64,000 nucleotides of DNA from an uncultured Pelagibacteraceae bacterium (GTDB lineage: Bacteria; Pseudomonadota; Alphaproteobacteria; Pelagibacterales; Pelagibacteraceae): contig CACFCI010000002.1 in the NCBI GenBank assembly GCA_902564785.1, positions 12,121 to 76,120 of the forward strand. Reading direction: 5' to 3'. Below, in pieces: positions 38,695-47,910 of this stretch (positions within the stretch are counted from its first letter, which is position 1; each line of letters opens with the position of its first letter). The translations under genes were made by a program, and so were the position numbers. Below the pieces are notes generated by a model, which was given only the letters and a program-made list of their open reading frames with translations, ran no database searches and was not told the DNA's origin.

Positions 38695-39749
38695 TGCCCA
38701 AATCATTTGAAAAAGAATTTATATCTTTTTGCGAAAATCAAGATTTAGAGGCAAATATAAATCAAATTAATGTTATTAAAAAATTAGAAGAATATTATAA
38801 AATTAATTTCAAATCATTTTTATCAAAATTTTTTTCAAAAAAACCATCTCAAAAAGGTTTTTATCTTTACGGAGATGTTGGAGTAGGAAAGACTATGATT
38901 TTAAATTTCTTTTTTGATTTGTTAGATAAAAAAAAATTAAGAAAACATTTTAATGAATTTATGTTAAATTTTCATGATTTTGCTCATGAAAGAAAAAAAA
39001 ATAGTGAAGAAAACATAATCAATTCATTTGTAAAAGATTTAAAATCAAAGGCTTCTTTAGTTTATTTTGATGAATTTCAAGTAACTAATATTGTAGATGC
39101 TATGATTTTAGGAAAATTATTTGATCAAATATTTAAAGAGAAAATTAAGATAATTGTAACCTCTAATACTAAAATTTCAGAACTTTATAAAGATGGACTT
39201 CAAAGAAATCAATTTATGCCCTTTATAAAAATAATGCAGGAACAATCTATAGAGTTTGAACTTAAAATTGAAGATGATTATAGAAAATCAAATGACAAAC
39301 AACAGCAAAGATATTTTTATCCTTTAAATCAAGAAACTAACTTTAAAATCAATAAATTTTTTAGAACAATTACTAAAAATAAAAAAAAATCTAAAATTTC
39401 AATTAATGTAAAAGGTAGAGATTTTAAAATGGAAAATTTTTATGAAGGCATAGTAAGAATAAAATTTGAAGAATTATGTGACCGAAATTTAGGCGCTGAA
39501 GACTATTTAGAGATAATTAAAAATTGTAAATTTTTGGTAATTGAGCAAATACCTCAATTTAATGATGTGAATTCAAATCAACAACAACGTTTTATCACTT
39601 TATTAGATGTAATTTATGATAAAAATATTTCATTAGCAGTCACAGCTGATCTAAATTTAGATAAATTTACCTCTTCAAGATTGTTAGAAAAACCATTTAA
39701 ACGAACCATTAGTCGTTTGTATGAACTTACATCAAAAGAGTATAATTAA
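38694..39749 (+). CDS. zapE: AFG1-family ATPase / cell division protein ZapE
   Basis: GFYLYGDVGVGKT, HFNEFM, FDEFQVT, TSN, LYKDGLQR, RFITLLD, RTISRL. Confidence 0.9.
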   Translation: MPKSFEKEFISFCENQDLEANINQINVIKKLEEYYKINFKSFLSKFFSKKPSQKGFYLYGDVGVGKTMILNFFFDLLDKKKLRKHFNEFMLNFHDFAHERKKNSEENIINSFVKDLKSKASLVYFDEFQVTNIVDAMILGKLFDQIFKEKIKIIVTSNTKISELYKDGLQRNQFMPFIKIMQEQSIEFELKIEDDYRKSNDKQQQRYFYPLNQETNFKINKFFRTITKNKKKSKISINVKGRDFKMENFYEGIVRIKFEELCDRNLGAEDYLEIIKNCKFLVIEQIPQFNDVNSNQQQRFITLLDVIYDKNISLAVTADLNLDKFTSSRLLEKPFKRTISRLYELTSKEYN

Positions 39750-40168
39750 TGAAACAAGAATTTTATAATCTTGAAATTAATACTCGCGGTCAAAGGTTAT
39801 ATGAGTTTACTAATGATACAATTCAATGGATTAGTCGAAATAACTTTAAAAATGGTATTCTTAATTTAAGTATTCAGCACACAAGCGCCTCATTAATTGT
39901 ACAAGAAAATGCAGATCCAGATGTACAAACAGATTTAAAAAATTATTTTGATAAATTAGCCCCTATGGATAATAAACTATATGTTCATACCACAGAAGGT
40001 AAAGATGATATGCCTGCACATATTAAATCTGCGTTAACAAATAATCAAATTTCTCTTAGCGTGAAAGATAGTGAATTGTTGCTTGGAACTTGGCAGGGCA
40101 TATATTTATTTGAACACAGATTAGAGGCTCAAAAAAGAACTATAATTCATCATTTTATTGGAGAATAA
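39749..40168 (+). CDS. yjbQ: YjbQ/UPF0047 family protein
   Basis: HTSASL, ENADPDV, AHIKSAL, LGTWQGIYLFEH. Confidence 0.9.
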   Translation: MKQEFYNLEINTRGQRLYEFTNDTIQWISRNNFKNGILNLSIQHTSASLIVQENADPDVQTDLKNYFDKLAPMDNKLYVHTTEGKDDMPAHIKSALTNNQISLSVKDSELLLGTWQGIYLFEHRLEAQKRTIIHHFIGE

Positions 40169-40176
40169 AATTATAT

Positions 40177-41598
40177 TTATTTTTTCTTCAAAGATTGAAA
40201 CGCTTCAAGAGCTGCAGCTCTAGCTTTTTCATGAACAACAATAGGGCCCGGGTAATCTTTGCCAATAATTGTTTTTATAGCTTCTTGATACTTTAATTCC
40301 ATTTCCCATGGTTTATGAATAAATTTATTTGGAACATTTTTAAGTTCAGGAACCCATTTTTTTACATAATTGCCCTCTTTATCAAATTTTTCACCCTGAA
40401 GTATTGGATTGAATATTCTAAAATAAGGTGCTGCATCTGCACCACAGCCAGCAACCCATTGCCATTGAGCAACATTATTTGCTTTGTTAAAATCTAGTAG
40501 ACAATTTCTAAAATGCTTCTCACCTTCGGTCCAATTAATTCTCAAATGTTTGACTAAAAATGAACCAACAACCATTCTTATTCTATTATGCATCCATCCA
40601 GTCTCATATAATTCTCTCATACCTGCATCGACAATAGGATAACCGGTCATTCCTTTTTTCCATGCTTTTAAGAATTTCTCATTTTTTACCCAAGGGAATT
40701 TATCAAATTCTTTTCTAAAATTTCCTTTTAAGAATTCAGGGAAATAATTAATTAAACTATGTGAAAACTCTCTCCAACCAAGCTCATTAATATATTTTCT
40801 ATAACCAATTCCTTTTGATTTAATTTCAGAACATTTTTTCCAAATAGTCCCTACATTAATTTGACCATGTTTGATGTAAGGGGATAATTTAGAGGTTCCT
40901 TCAACTGATGGTATATCTCTAGAGGTTCCATAATCTTTAATTTTATTTTCAATTAGATTTTTAAGTATTTTTTTTGATTCATTTTCCGAAACTTTCCAAT
41001 ATTTTTCAAATTTTTTATACCAATTTTTTTTTGGTAAAATATCTATTGGTTCAATACACTTTTTAAAATATATAATCTTTTTTATTTTCTTTTTAACAAT
41101 ATAATTTTTGCTTGGTGGTTGATTTAAATAAACTTGCTCCGCATTTCTCCAAAAAGGGGTAAACACTTTAAAGGGAGTTCCATCATTTTTTGTTATCTCT
41201 TGAAATTCATTTAAAATATTTCCTTTGAAATATTTATAATTGATTTCATTTTTAATAAATAAGTCACGTATTTTTTTTCCTTTAGCTATAACATCTGGCT
41301 CATAAATTTTATTCCAATAAACTGAAAGCTTATCCTTTTTATTAAATTTAGAAAAAATTTCTAATTCGTCACCTTTTACTATTTCAAGATTAATTTTATA
41401 ATCTGATAATTCTTTTTTTAAAGTTTCTAGAGATTTAAAAACCCACCATTTTTGAGCTTCTCTTTTGTTGTCAAAATCATTGTTATTATAAACATATAAT
41501 GCAATTACATTATCATGATTTTGTGTAGCAAAAGATAAAGCAGGATTATTTTCAATTCTAAAATCCTCTCTAATCCAAAAAATACCTGTGCTACTCAT
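40177..41598 (-). CDS. phrB: Class I CPD DNA photolyase
   Basis: FKVFTPFW, TSKLSPY, ELGWREF, TGYPIVDAGMR, GWMHNRIRM, WQWVAG, PYFRIFNP. Confidence 0.93.
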   Translation of the reverse strand: MSSTGIFWIREDFRIENNPALSFATQNHDNVIALYVYNNNDFDNKREAQKWWVFKSLETLKKELSDYKINLEIVKGDELEIFSKFNKKDKLSVYWNKIYEPDVIAKGKKIRDLFIKNEINYKYFKGNILNEFQEITKNDGTPFKVFTPFWRNAEQVYLNQPPSKNYIVKKKIKKIIYFKKCIEPIDILPKKNWYKKFEKYWKVSENESKKILKNLIENKIKDYGTSRDIPSVEGTSKLSPYIKHGQINVGTIWKKCSEIKSKGIGYRKYINELGWREFSHSLINYFPEFLKGNFRKEFDKFPWVKNEKFLKAWKKGMTGYPIVDAGMRELYETGWMHNRIRMVVGSFLVKHLRINWTEGEKHFRNCLLDFNKANNVAQWQWVAGCGADAAPYFRIFNPILQGEKFDKEGNYVKKWVPELKNVPNKFIHKPWEMELKYQEAIKTIIGKDYPGPIVVHEKARAAALEAFQSLKKK

Positions 41599-41602
41599 TA
41601 GT

Positions 41603-42733
41603 TTAATTTTGGTTAATTAACTTTTGATACATTTCTTGATCAGTATCTCCCTCACAACCAAAAACCAAAACATTAGATTTTTCATTTAGATCTAATTTTT
41701 CTTTAATTACATGATCTTCACAACTTGTAATCAGACTGATTACGCCAGGTGCCGAGTTTTCTCCTGCAATTATTTTATCATCACTAAAGCTTGAATTTCC
41801 AAGTAGTTTCATAGTTTTTGCAATATCATCATCTGGTAAACTAATACAATGTTTAACTGAATTTTTCAGTATTTCCCATGGGACCAATGATACTTCACCA
41901 CAGGACATACCACCCATTAAGCTTTCTCTTTTAATATCTATTTTTTCTATTTTTCCAGTTTTAATGCTTTCCATTACACACGCGGCACTATCCGGTTCAA
42001 CAACTATAATTGTTGGAACATAGTTCAAATATCTTGCAATACCTGCAACCATGGCAGCAGCCATGCCACCAACACCAGCTTGTAAAATGATGTGAGTTAT
42101 TTTTTCTTCCTGGATTTGATTAGTTATCTCTTTCATCATTACCGTATAACCTGCCATTGTATACTTTGGGACGATCATATAATCTTTCCAAGCTACATCC
42201 TGAACTATTTGCCAATTATTTTCAGTAGACTGTTTTATGCATTCCATCAAAGATTTTTCATAATTGCCTTTTACCTTTACTACATCTGCTCCAAGTGCTG
42301 CCATAGCTTTGCCTCTTGCATCGCTTACAAATTCACTAATGAATATTTTACAGCTTAGACCTAATCTTTTAGCACCCCAGGCAACTGATCTTCCATGATT
42401 GCCAGCAGTAGCTGTTGCTACCACTATATCTTTATTTCCTTTGGTTACTTTTTCTACCGCATAAGCTCCACCTAAAGCTTTAAAAGATTTTAAATCAAAT
42501 CTTTTATTTTCATCTTTATAAAAAATTTTGTTTAAATTTAATTCTTTTGAAAGTTTATTTAAATAAAGCAGGGGAGTAGGAGAATAACCTTTCCACTCAG
42601 AAATACTTTTATAAGCATCATCAATTTCTTCTGAGGTTAAAGAATTAAGAATTTCTTTTTTGTTAAATGAGTAATTTTTATTGTCTGTAAATTCCGTGTA
42701 TTTCCACTGATGACCGTTAGATAATATAGTCAT
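41603..42733 (-). CDS. Diaminopropionate ammonia-lyase-like PLP fold-type II enzyme
   Basis: YSPTPL, KDENKRFDLKSFKALGG (PLP Lys), ATAGNHGR, QAGVG, GGMSCGE, EGDTD. Confidence 0.82.
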   Translation of the reverse strand: MTILSNGHQWKYTEFTDNKNYSFNKKEILNSLTSEEIDDAYKSISEWKGYSPTPLLYLNKLSKELNLNKIFYKDENKRFDLKSFKALGGAYAVEKVTKGNKDIVVATATAGNHGRSVAWGAKRLGLSCKIFISEFVSDARGKAMAALGADVVKVKGNYEKSLMECIKQSTENNWQIVQDVAWKDYMIVPKYTMAGYTVMMKEITNQIQEEKITHIILQAGVGGMAAAMVAGIARYLNYVPTIIVVEPDSAACVMESIKTGKIEKIDIKRESLMGGMSCGEVSLVPWEILKNSVKHCISLPDDDIAKTMKLLGNSSFSDDKIIAGENSAPGVISLITSCEDHVIKEKLDLNEKSNVLVFGCEGDTDQEMYQKLINQN

Positions 42734-42736
42734 GTA

Positions 42737-44062
42737 CTAACAATCTAAAGTATTATCTTTTTCCCACTTTGTAACATCTTTTGTTTTATCAAAATTATCT
42801 TTGGATTTGAATTCATTCATTTCTGAACTTCTTAACTTTATATAACTTTCAATAACATCTTTGCCAAAAGCATCATTCATATCTTTATTATTTTTTAATA
42901 AATTTAATGATTGTCCAAGTTCATCAGGGAGTTTAGGTAATTTGGGATATTTATGATGATCTTCATACATATTGCAATCCAAAGGTTTACCTGGATCAAC
43001 TTTATTTTTTAAACCATACAGACCAGCTGCTAAAACACTTGCTTGTAATAAGTAAGGATTAGCAGAACCATCCATTAATCTTAATTCAAATCTTCCAGGA
43101 TCAGGAATTCTGATCATGTGTGTTCGATTATTACCTGTATACGAAATACTACTAGGTGACCATGATGCTCCAGATTTTGTAGGTGGTGCATTTATTCTTC
43201 TATAACTATTGATTGTTGGATTAAAAAATGCAGATAAAGATGAAGCATTTTTAATTACTCCTCCTAAAAAATTATATGCCATTTTACTTAAACCAAGTTT
43301 ATCTTTGTTGTCTAAGAACTTATTTCTAGTACCTTGCCAAACTGATACATGAGCATGACAACCATTACCGGTTAAATTTCCAAACGGTTTAGGCATGAAT
43401 GTTGCTCTTAATCCGTGCTTTTCAGCAATTGTTTTTACCATAAACTTAAAAAAGGTATGTCTATCTGCGGTTTTTAGGCAATCTGAATAATCCCAATTCA
43501 TTTCAAATTGACCGTTAGCGTCCTCGTGATCATTTTGATAAGGGCCCCATCCCATTTCAATCATACAGTCACAAATTTCCTTAATTAAATCATACCTTCT
43601 CATTAATGCAGATTGGTCATAACAAGGTTTGGATTGTGTATCTCTTGGATCTGCAATTGAATTGCCATCAGGTGAAATCAAAAAATATTCACACTCAACA
43701 CCTGATTTCATTGTTAAATTTTGTTTTTTAAGTTTTTTTATCTGATTTTTTAACATCACTCTAGGTGATGCATCTACCGGTTTGCCATTCATCCATAGAT
43801 CAGATGCTAACCATCCTACCTCTTTGTTCCAAGGAAGTTGAATTAAACTATCTGGGTCGGGAATTCCAAACATGTCTGAGTCAGCAGGTGTCATATCTAA
43901 CCATGCTGCAAATCCAGCAAAACCAGCTCCTGCAGTTTGCATTTCTTTTATGGCGTGAGCAGGGACTAATTTTGATCTTAGTACGCCAAATAAATCTACA
44001 AAACTGATTAAAAAATATTTAATGTTTTTTTGCTTAGCAATCTGAAATAAATTTTTAGACAC
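42737..44062 (-). CDS. gmaS: Gamma-glutamylmethylamide synthetase (type III glutamine synthetase, GlnT)
   Basis: AGFAGFA, GVECEYF, QSKPCYDQ, NDHEDANGQFEMNW, MPKPF, GNGCHAH, NNRTHMIR, RFELR; located in the mgs cluster. Confidence 0.85.
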   Translation of the reverse strand: MSKNLFQIAKQKNIKYFLISFVDLFGVLRSKLVPAHAIKEMQTAGAGFAGFAAWLDMTPADSDMFGIPDPDSLIQLPWNKEVGWLASDLWMNGKPVDASPRVMLKNQIKKLKKQNLTMKSGVECEYFLISPDGNSIADPRDTQSKPCYDQSALMRRYDLIKEICDCMIEMGWGPYQNDHEDANGQFEMNWDYSDCLKTADRHTFFKFMVKTIAEKHGLRATFMPKPFGNLTGNGCHAHVSVWQGTRNKFLDNKDKLGLSKMAYNFLGGVIKNASSLSAFFNPTINSYRRINAPPTKSGASWSPSSISYTGNNRTHMIRIPDPGRFELRLMDGSANPYLLQASVLAAGLYGLKNKVDPGKPLDCNMYEDHHKYPKLPKLPDELGQSLNLLKNNKDMNDAFGKDVIESYIKLRSSEMNEFKSKDNFDKTKDVTKWEKDNTLDC

Positions 44063-44079
44063 AACCTAAGTTAACATAA

Positions 44080-44229
44080 TTATTTAAAAAAAGATAAAAT
44101 TGTTTCTTTGTAATAAATTAAATTTACAACAATAATTACAATTATAGCTAGTATCACACCGTACTTAGCTTTAGGAAATGCTACTCCTCTCATTTTTGAG
44201 GGTCTTAATTCTTCTTTATTATCTTCCAT
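44080..44229 (-). CDS. Small single-TM membrane protein, 49 aa (absent from the ORF track)
   Basis: Hand translation MEDNKEELRPSKMRGVAFPKAKYGVILAIIVIIVVNLIYYKETILSFFK*; fills the gap between the terminator and gmaS. Confidence 0.6.
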   Translation of the reverse strand: MEDNKEELRPSKMRGVAFPKAKYGVILAIIVIIVVNLIYYKETILSFFK

Positions 44230-44242
44230 AAATTTAGAACAT

Positions 44243-44272
44243 AAAAAAGGGCGCTACATTTAAGTAGCGCCC
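44243..44272 (-). terminator. Rho-independent terminator of the amt transcription unit
   Basis: gggcgctac-atttaa-gtagcgccc, a 9-bp stem followed by U6 on the minus strand. Confidence 0.82.
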
Positions 44273-44287
44273 AAATTTTAATTTAAA

Positions 44288-44536
44288 TTACCAGTCGGTA
44301 ATATTGCTTTTGTGATCGTTAGCACCATGTCTCTTCCTAGAAAGGTTTGAAAGTTCATTGTTTTCAGACCTATTAGTAATAACATGCCATCCAATCCATA
44401 TAGCAATCAATAAAAGAACTAGTAAAAGTTCACTAGAACCTGCACCTGGATAAATTGATCCACCAACTTGAATACCATCTTTATCTGCATTGGTATCTGT
44501 TGTTAGATGTGTAATCCAATCTGTAACTGTAGCCAT
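44288..44536 (-). CDS. Small single-TM protein co-transcribed with amt
   Basis: SD aggag upstream; YPGAGSSE followed by one hydrophobic helix ending WIGWH. Confidence 0.75.
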   Translation of the reverse strand: MATVTDWITHLTTDTNADKDGIQVGGSIYPGAGSSELLLVLLLIAIWIGWHVITNRSENNELSNLSRKRHGANDHKSNITDW

Positions 44537-44547
44537 ATTTTTCTCCT

Positions 44548-45948
44548 TTACCTAGTTGCAGACGAAACCGCTTTTTCATCTTCCTTTGCAGATTCCATCA
44601 TTTCATAGTCTAGTCCAGCTATTTCAACTTCACGAGGGATTCTTAATTTACCCATACCGTTAAGAACTTTAGCAATGATATATCCAGGTATTAAACCAAG
44701 AATAACAAACATTACTATTGCTCCAATGAACTGTCCTAGAGGATTAATTGTAGCATAAGTTGATCCATCAAACATTTCTCCAACTCCGTATCCGGATGAA
44801 GGATAACCGTTTAATACAAATCCACAAATTACCAGCCCAACAAATCCGGCATAACCATGTACAGCTACTGCGCCAACTGCATCATCAATTTTGAACTTTC
44901 GCTCAACCCAATAATGAAGTTTGTAAGCTATAACAACTCCAATCATACCAATTACCAAAGCTTGAATTGGATGATACAAGTCATTTCCAGCTGATGCACA
45001 AATTATACCTGCTAGTCCACTTGAGTAAGTCCAGAAAGGATCACCTTTGGCAATAACATATCCTGCCAATAAACCACCTGATAATGACATCAGAAAGTTC
45101 ATAGTTATACCACTTAGTGTTGTAGGTGTTAAATAGATGTTTGTTGCTGTCCAGTAAGTGACACCTTCCATCCCATATTCAGGTCCAAGATCGTATATAG
45201 GTACATTGCACGCGGCATAAAATCCCCAGAAACCTGTGTAGATTAAAAACAAACCTACTGTTACTAACCAAGGATTCCTCGGTCCAATGTTTCTTGGCTC
45301 ACCGCTCGATGAGAATTTACCAATTCGTGGCCCTAAAACTATTAGAACACCTAATGCAAATCCACCAGCAATCGCGTGGATTACTCCTGATGCATAAGCA
45401 TCATGATACCCAAGAAGTTTTAACATCCAGCCATCGAAATGCCATCCCCATGCAGCATCTATAGACCAAAAAACAGATCCAATAGCTATGGCTAATACTC
45501 CAAAAGCAAAGGTTGTTATTCTCTCTATAACTGCTCCAGAAACAATAGATGCAGCAGTCCATGAGAATAATAAAAATGCAGCCCAGAATACACCCATTAA
45601 ATGGTCATTTAAATTAATTGCCATAAATGCGTTAGTAGGATTAGCAAGATCATTTCCTCCAAATCCACCTCCAGTTACTAAGGCTGTACTTTCAGTCATT
45701 ATTGATGGTGCTAATCCAGGTCCTGTTGGAAAAGCCCAGTAAATCCACCAACCAAATAAAAACCACGTTACTGTTACCAGAGGTATCAGCATTGTATTTT
45801 TCATAAGAGTATGTTGATGGTGTTTGTATCGAGATGCTCCAACTTCATACATACAGAAACCGACGTGAATTAAAAACATCAGTACTACTGTTACCCAATA
45901 GTAAAACTCTGTAAATATGACTCTAAGAGCTTCACCCTCGTTTGTCAT
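44548..45948 (-). CDS. amt: Divergent Amt/Mep/Rh-family transporter, probably for methylammonium
   Basis: SIVSGAVIER, GVIH, GPRIGKF, DDAVGAVAVHG; about 11 TM segments; SD aggag. Confidence 0.88.
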   Translation of the reverse strand: MTNEGEALRVIFTEFYYWVTVVLMFLIHVGFCMYEVGASRYKHHQHTLMKNTMLIPLVTVTWFLFGWWIYWAFPTGPGLAPSIMTESTALVTGGGFGGNDLANPTNAFMAINLNDHLMGVFWAAFLLFSWTAASIVSGAVIERITTFAFGVLAIAIGSVFWSIDAAWGWHFDGWMLKLLGYHDAYASGVIHAIAGGFALGVLIVLGPRIGKFSSSGEPRNIGPRNPWLVTVGLFLIYTGFWGFYAACNVPIYDLGPEYGMEGVTYWTATNIYLTPTTLSGITMNFLMSLSGGLLAGYVIAKGDPFWTYSSGLAGIICASAGNDLYHPIQALVIGMIGVVIAYKLHYWVERKFKIDDAVGAVAVHGYAGFVGLVICGFVLNGYPSSGYGVGEMFDGSTYATINPLGQFIGAIVMFVILGLIPGYIIAKVLNGMGKLRIPREVEIAGLDYEMMESAKEDEKAVSSATR

Positions 45949-46009
45949 AATATATCTCCTAATATTAGTTTAATTAAACCCTATTAAATTTTATGATTCG
46001 ATACAAATA

Positions 46010-46050
46010 TAAAAACCTTTAAAAACCTAGCTTGTGCACAAGGTTTTTAA
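46010..46050. promoter_or_regulatory. Candidate operator upstream of amt
   Basis: Perfect palindrome cttgtgcacaag (46031-46042) overlapping the ttaaaaacct/aggtttttaa inverted repeat, plus a tandem taaaaacct direct repeat. Confidence 0.4.
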
Positions 46051-46075
46051 AAATAATCAACTTTTAATTGAAATA

Positions 46076-46486
46076 TTAAAATTTTAAATAAGCTTTTTTC
46101 AAATCAACAAGCGGATGTTTTGGAGACATTTGAAACTTAACCAAAAGTTCTCTTGCAATCATATCTCTATCTTGTTGATTATTGGGTAGTTTAATTGACT
46201 TTGGAATTGTAACCCAACCATTTGCATTTCGGCAGAATACAGCAGGTCTATCTTCTTCATATCCCATATGTACATCTTCCAACCAATTTAAATCATCCCA
46301 TCCCATCGCTTCTATATATTTCTTAAGAAAAGGAGTTAGTTTAGAATAGTCAGGTAAAAGATTAACATCGTATCTATAACCAATAGACTGACCAATCATT
46401 TTTTCTCTGGCAGTCTCTTTCTTTTTGCCTAACTGACCTTTTATCTCTTTTGTTTTTGCTACTTTTTTATTTTTTTTCTTTGGCAT
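46076..46486 (-). CDS. Hypothetical protein at the end of the mgs operon
   Basis: 136-aa ORF 11 nt after mgsC with SD gagg; Lys-rich N-terminus; no recognised domain. Confidence 0.75.
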   Translation of the reverse strand: MPKKKNKKVAKTKEIKGQLGKKKETAREKMIGQSIGYRYDVNLLPDYSKLTPFLKKYIEAMGWDDLNWLEDVHMGYEEDRPAVFCRNANGWVTIPKSIKLPNNQQDRDMIARELLVKFQMSPKHPLVDLKKAYLKF

Positions 46487-46497
46487 AATAGTTACCT

Positions 46498-47910
46498 CTA
46501 TATTTTGTGGTAGTTATCAACACCAACTGTGTAGTTAGTTCCAGCTAATGGAACTTTTGCTAAAGCTGATGCTTCTGATGTTAAAGCAGCTAAATCTTCA
46601 GGCTCTAGAGAGTGGATATTTGTTTTTCCACAGGCTCTTGCTAATAGCTGAGCCTCTAAAGTCATTGAGTGAAGATAGTTATAAACTCGTAAAGCAGCAT
46701 CATCAGGGTTTAATCTTGCTCTTAATTTAGGATCCTGTGTTGCAACACCCACTGGACAACGTCCAGTATGGCAGTGATAACATTCACCTGCTTTTACACC
46801 CATTTCTTTTTCAAAATCAGCTTCTGGGATATCTTTGTTACAGTTTAATGCAATCATAGATCCAGTACCAATAGCGATTGCATCAGCTCCAAGAGCCAAA
46901 GCCTTAGCCATGTCAGCACCGTCTCTTACTCCACCAGCATAAATTAATGTTACTTTTCCAGTTTTACCAACATCATCGATTGCTCTTCTAGCTTCTCGAA
47001 TTGCAGCAATACCTGGAATACCAGTGTTTGCAGCAGCGATATGTGGGCCTGCTCCAGTAGAACCTTCCATTCCATCTAAGTAAATGGAGTCAGGATCACA
47101 TTTTGCAGCCATACGTACATCATCATAAACTTTAGATGCACCTAACTTTAACTGAATTGGCACTTTATTTTTTGTTAACTGTCTTAGTTCCTCTACTTTT
47201 AAAGCTAAATCATCTGGTCCTAGCCAGTCAGGGTGTCTCGCTGGAGATCTTTGATCAATACCAGATGGTAACGATCTCATTTCAGCAACTTGGTCAGTAA
47301 CTTTTTGACCCATTAAGTGTCCGCCCATTCCAACTTTTTGACCTTGTCCAATAAATACTTCAATTCCATCTGCTAATTGTGCATGATGTGGATTAAAACC
47401 ATATCTTGATTGAATACATTGGTAATACCATTTTTCAGAGTATCTTCTTTCATCAGGTATCATTCCACCTTCACCTGAACATGTAGCACTCCCAGCCATA
47501 GTTGCTCCTCTTGCTAAAGCAGTTTTTGCTTCATAAGAAAGTGCACCGAAACTCATTCCAGTAATATAAACTGGAATATCTAACTCAATTGGATTTTCAC
47601 ATCTTGGTCCAATAACAGTTTTCGTTTCACATTTTTCTCTGTAACCTTCGATTACAAATCTAGTTAGTGTTCCAGGTAAGAAAACTAAATCATCAAAAGT
47701 AGGAATTTTTTTCATCAATGCCATTCCTCGCATTCTGTATCTTCCTAATTGAGATTTAATATGAATATCGTCTATTACTTCAGGTGTGAAGATAGCGTTA
47801 TGACCTAATAAACTTTTATTTCTTTTACCTTCTTCATGTACATGGACATCAGCTTTTCCACCAACACCTTTTCCATTTTTTTTAACTTTTTTAGATTTTT
47901 TCTTAGGCAT
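46498..47910 (-). CDS. mgsC: N-methylglutamate synthase FMN subunit (GlxD/MgsC)
   Basis: GMSFGALS, GEGG, GQGQKVGMGGHL, SPARHPD, GGVRDGAD, CYHCHTGRCPVGVATQ. Confidence 0.85.
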   Translation of the reverse strand: MPKKKSKKVKKNGKGVGGKADVHVHEEGKRNKSLLGHNAIFTPEVIDDIHIKSQLGRYRMRGMALMKKIPTFDDLVFLPGTLTRFVIEGYREKCETKTVIGPRCENPIELDIPVYITGMSFGALSYEAKTALARGATMAGSATCSGEGGMIPDERRYSEKWYYQCIQSRYGFNPHHAQLADGIEVFIGQGQKVGMGGHLMGQKVTDQVAEMRSLPSGIDQRSPARHPDWLGPDDLALKVEELRQLTKNKVPIQLKLGASKVYDDVRMAAKCDPDSIYLDGMEGSTGAGPHIAAANTGIPGIAAIREARRAIDDVGKTGKVTLIYAGGVRDGADMAKALALGADAIAIGTGSMIALNCNKDIPEADFEKEMGVKAGECYHCHTGRCPVGVATQDPKLRARLNPDDAALRVYNYLHSMTLEAQLLARACGKTNIHSLEPEDLAALTSEASALAKVPLAGTNYTVGVDNYHKI

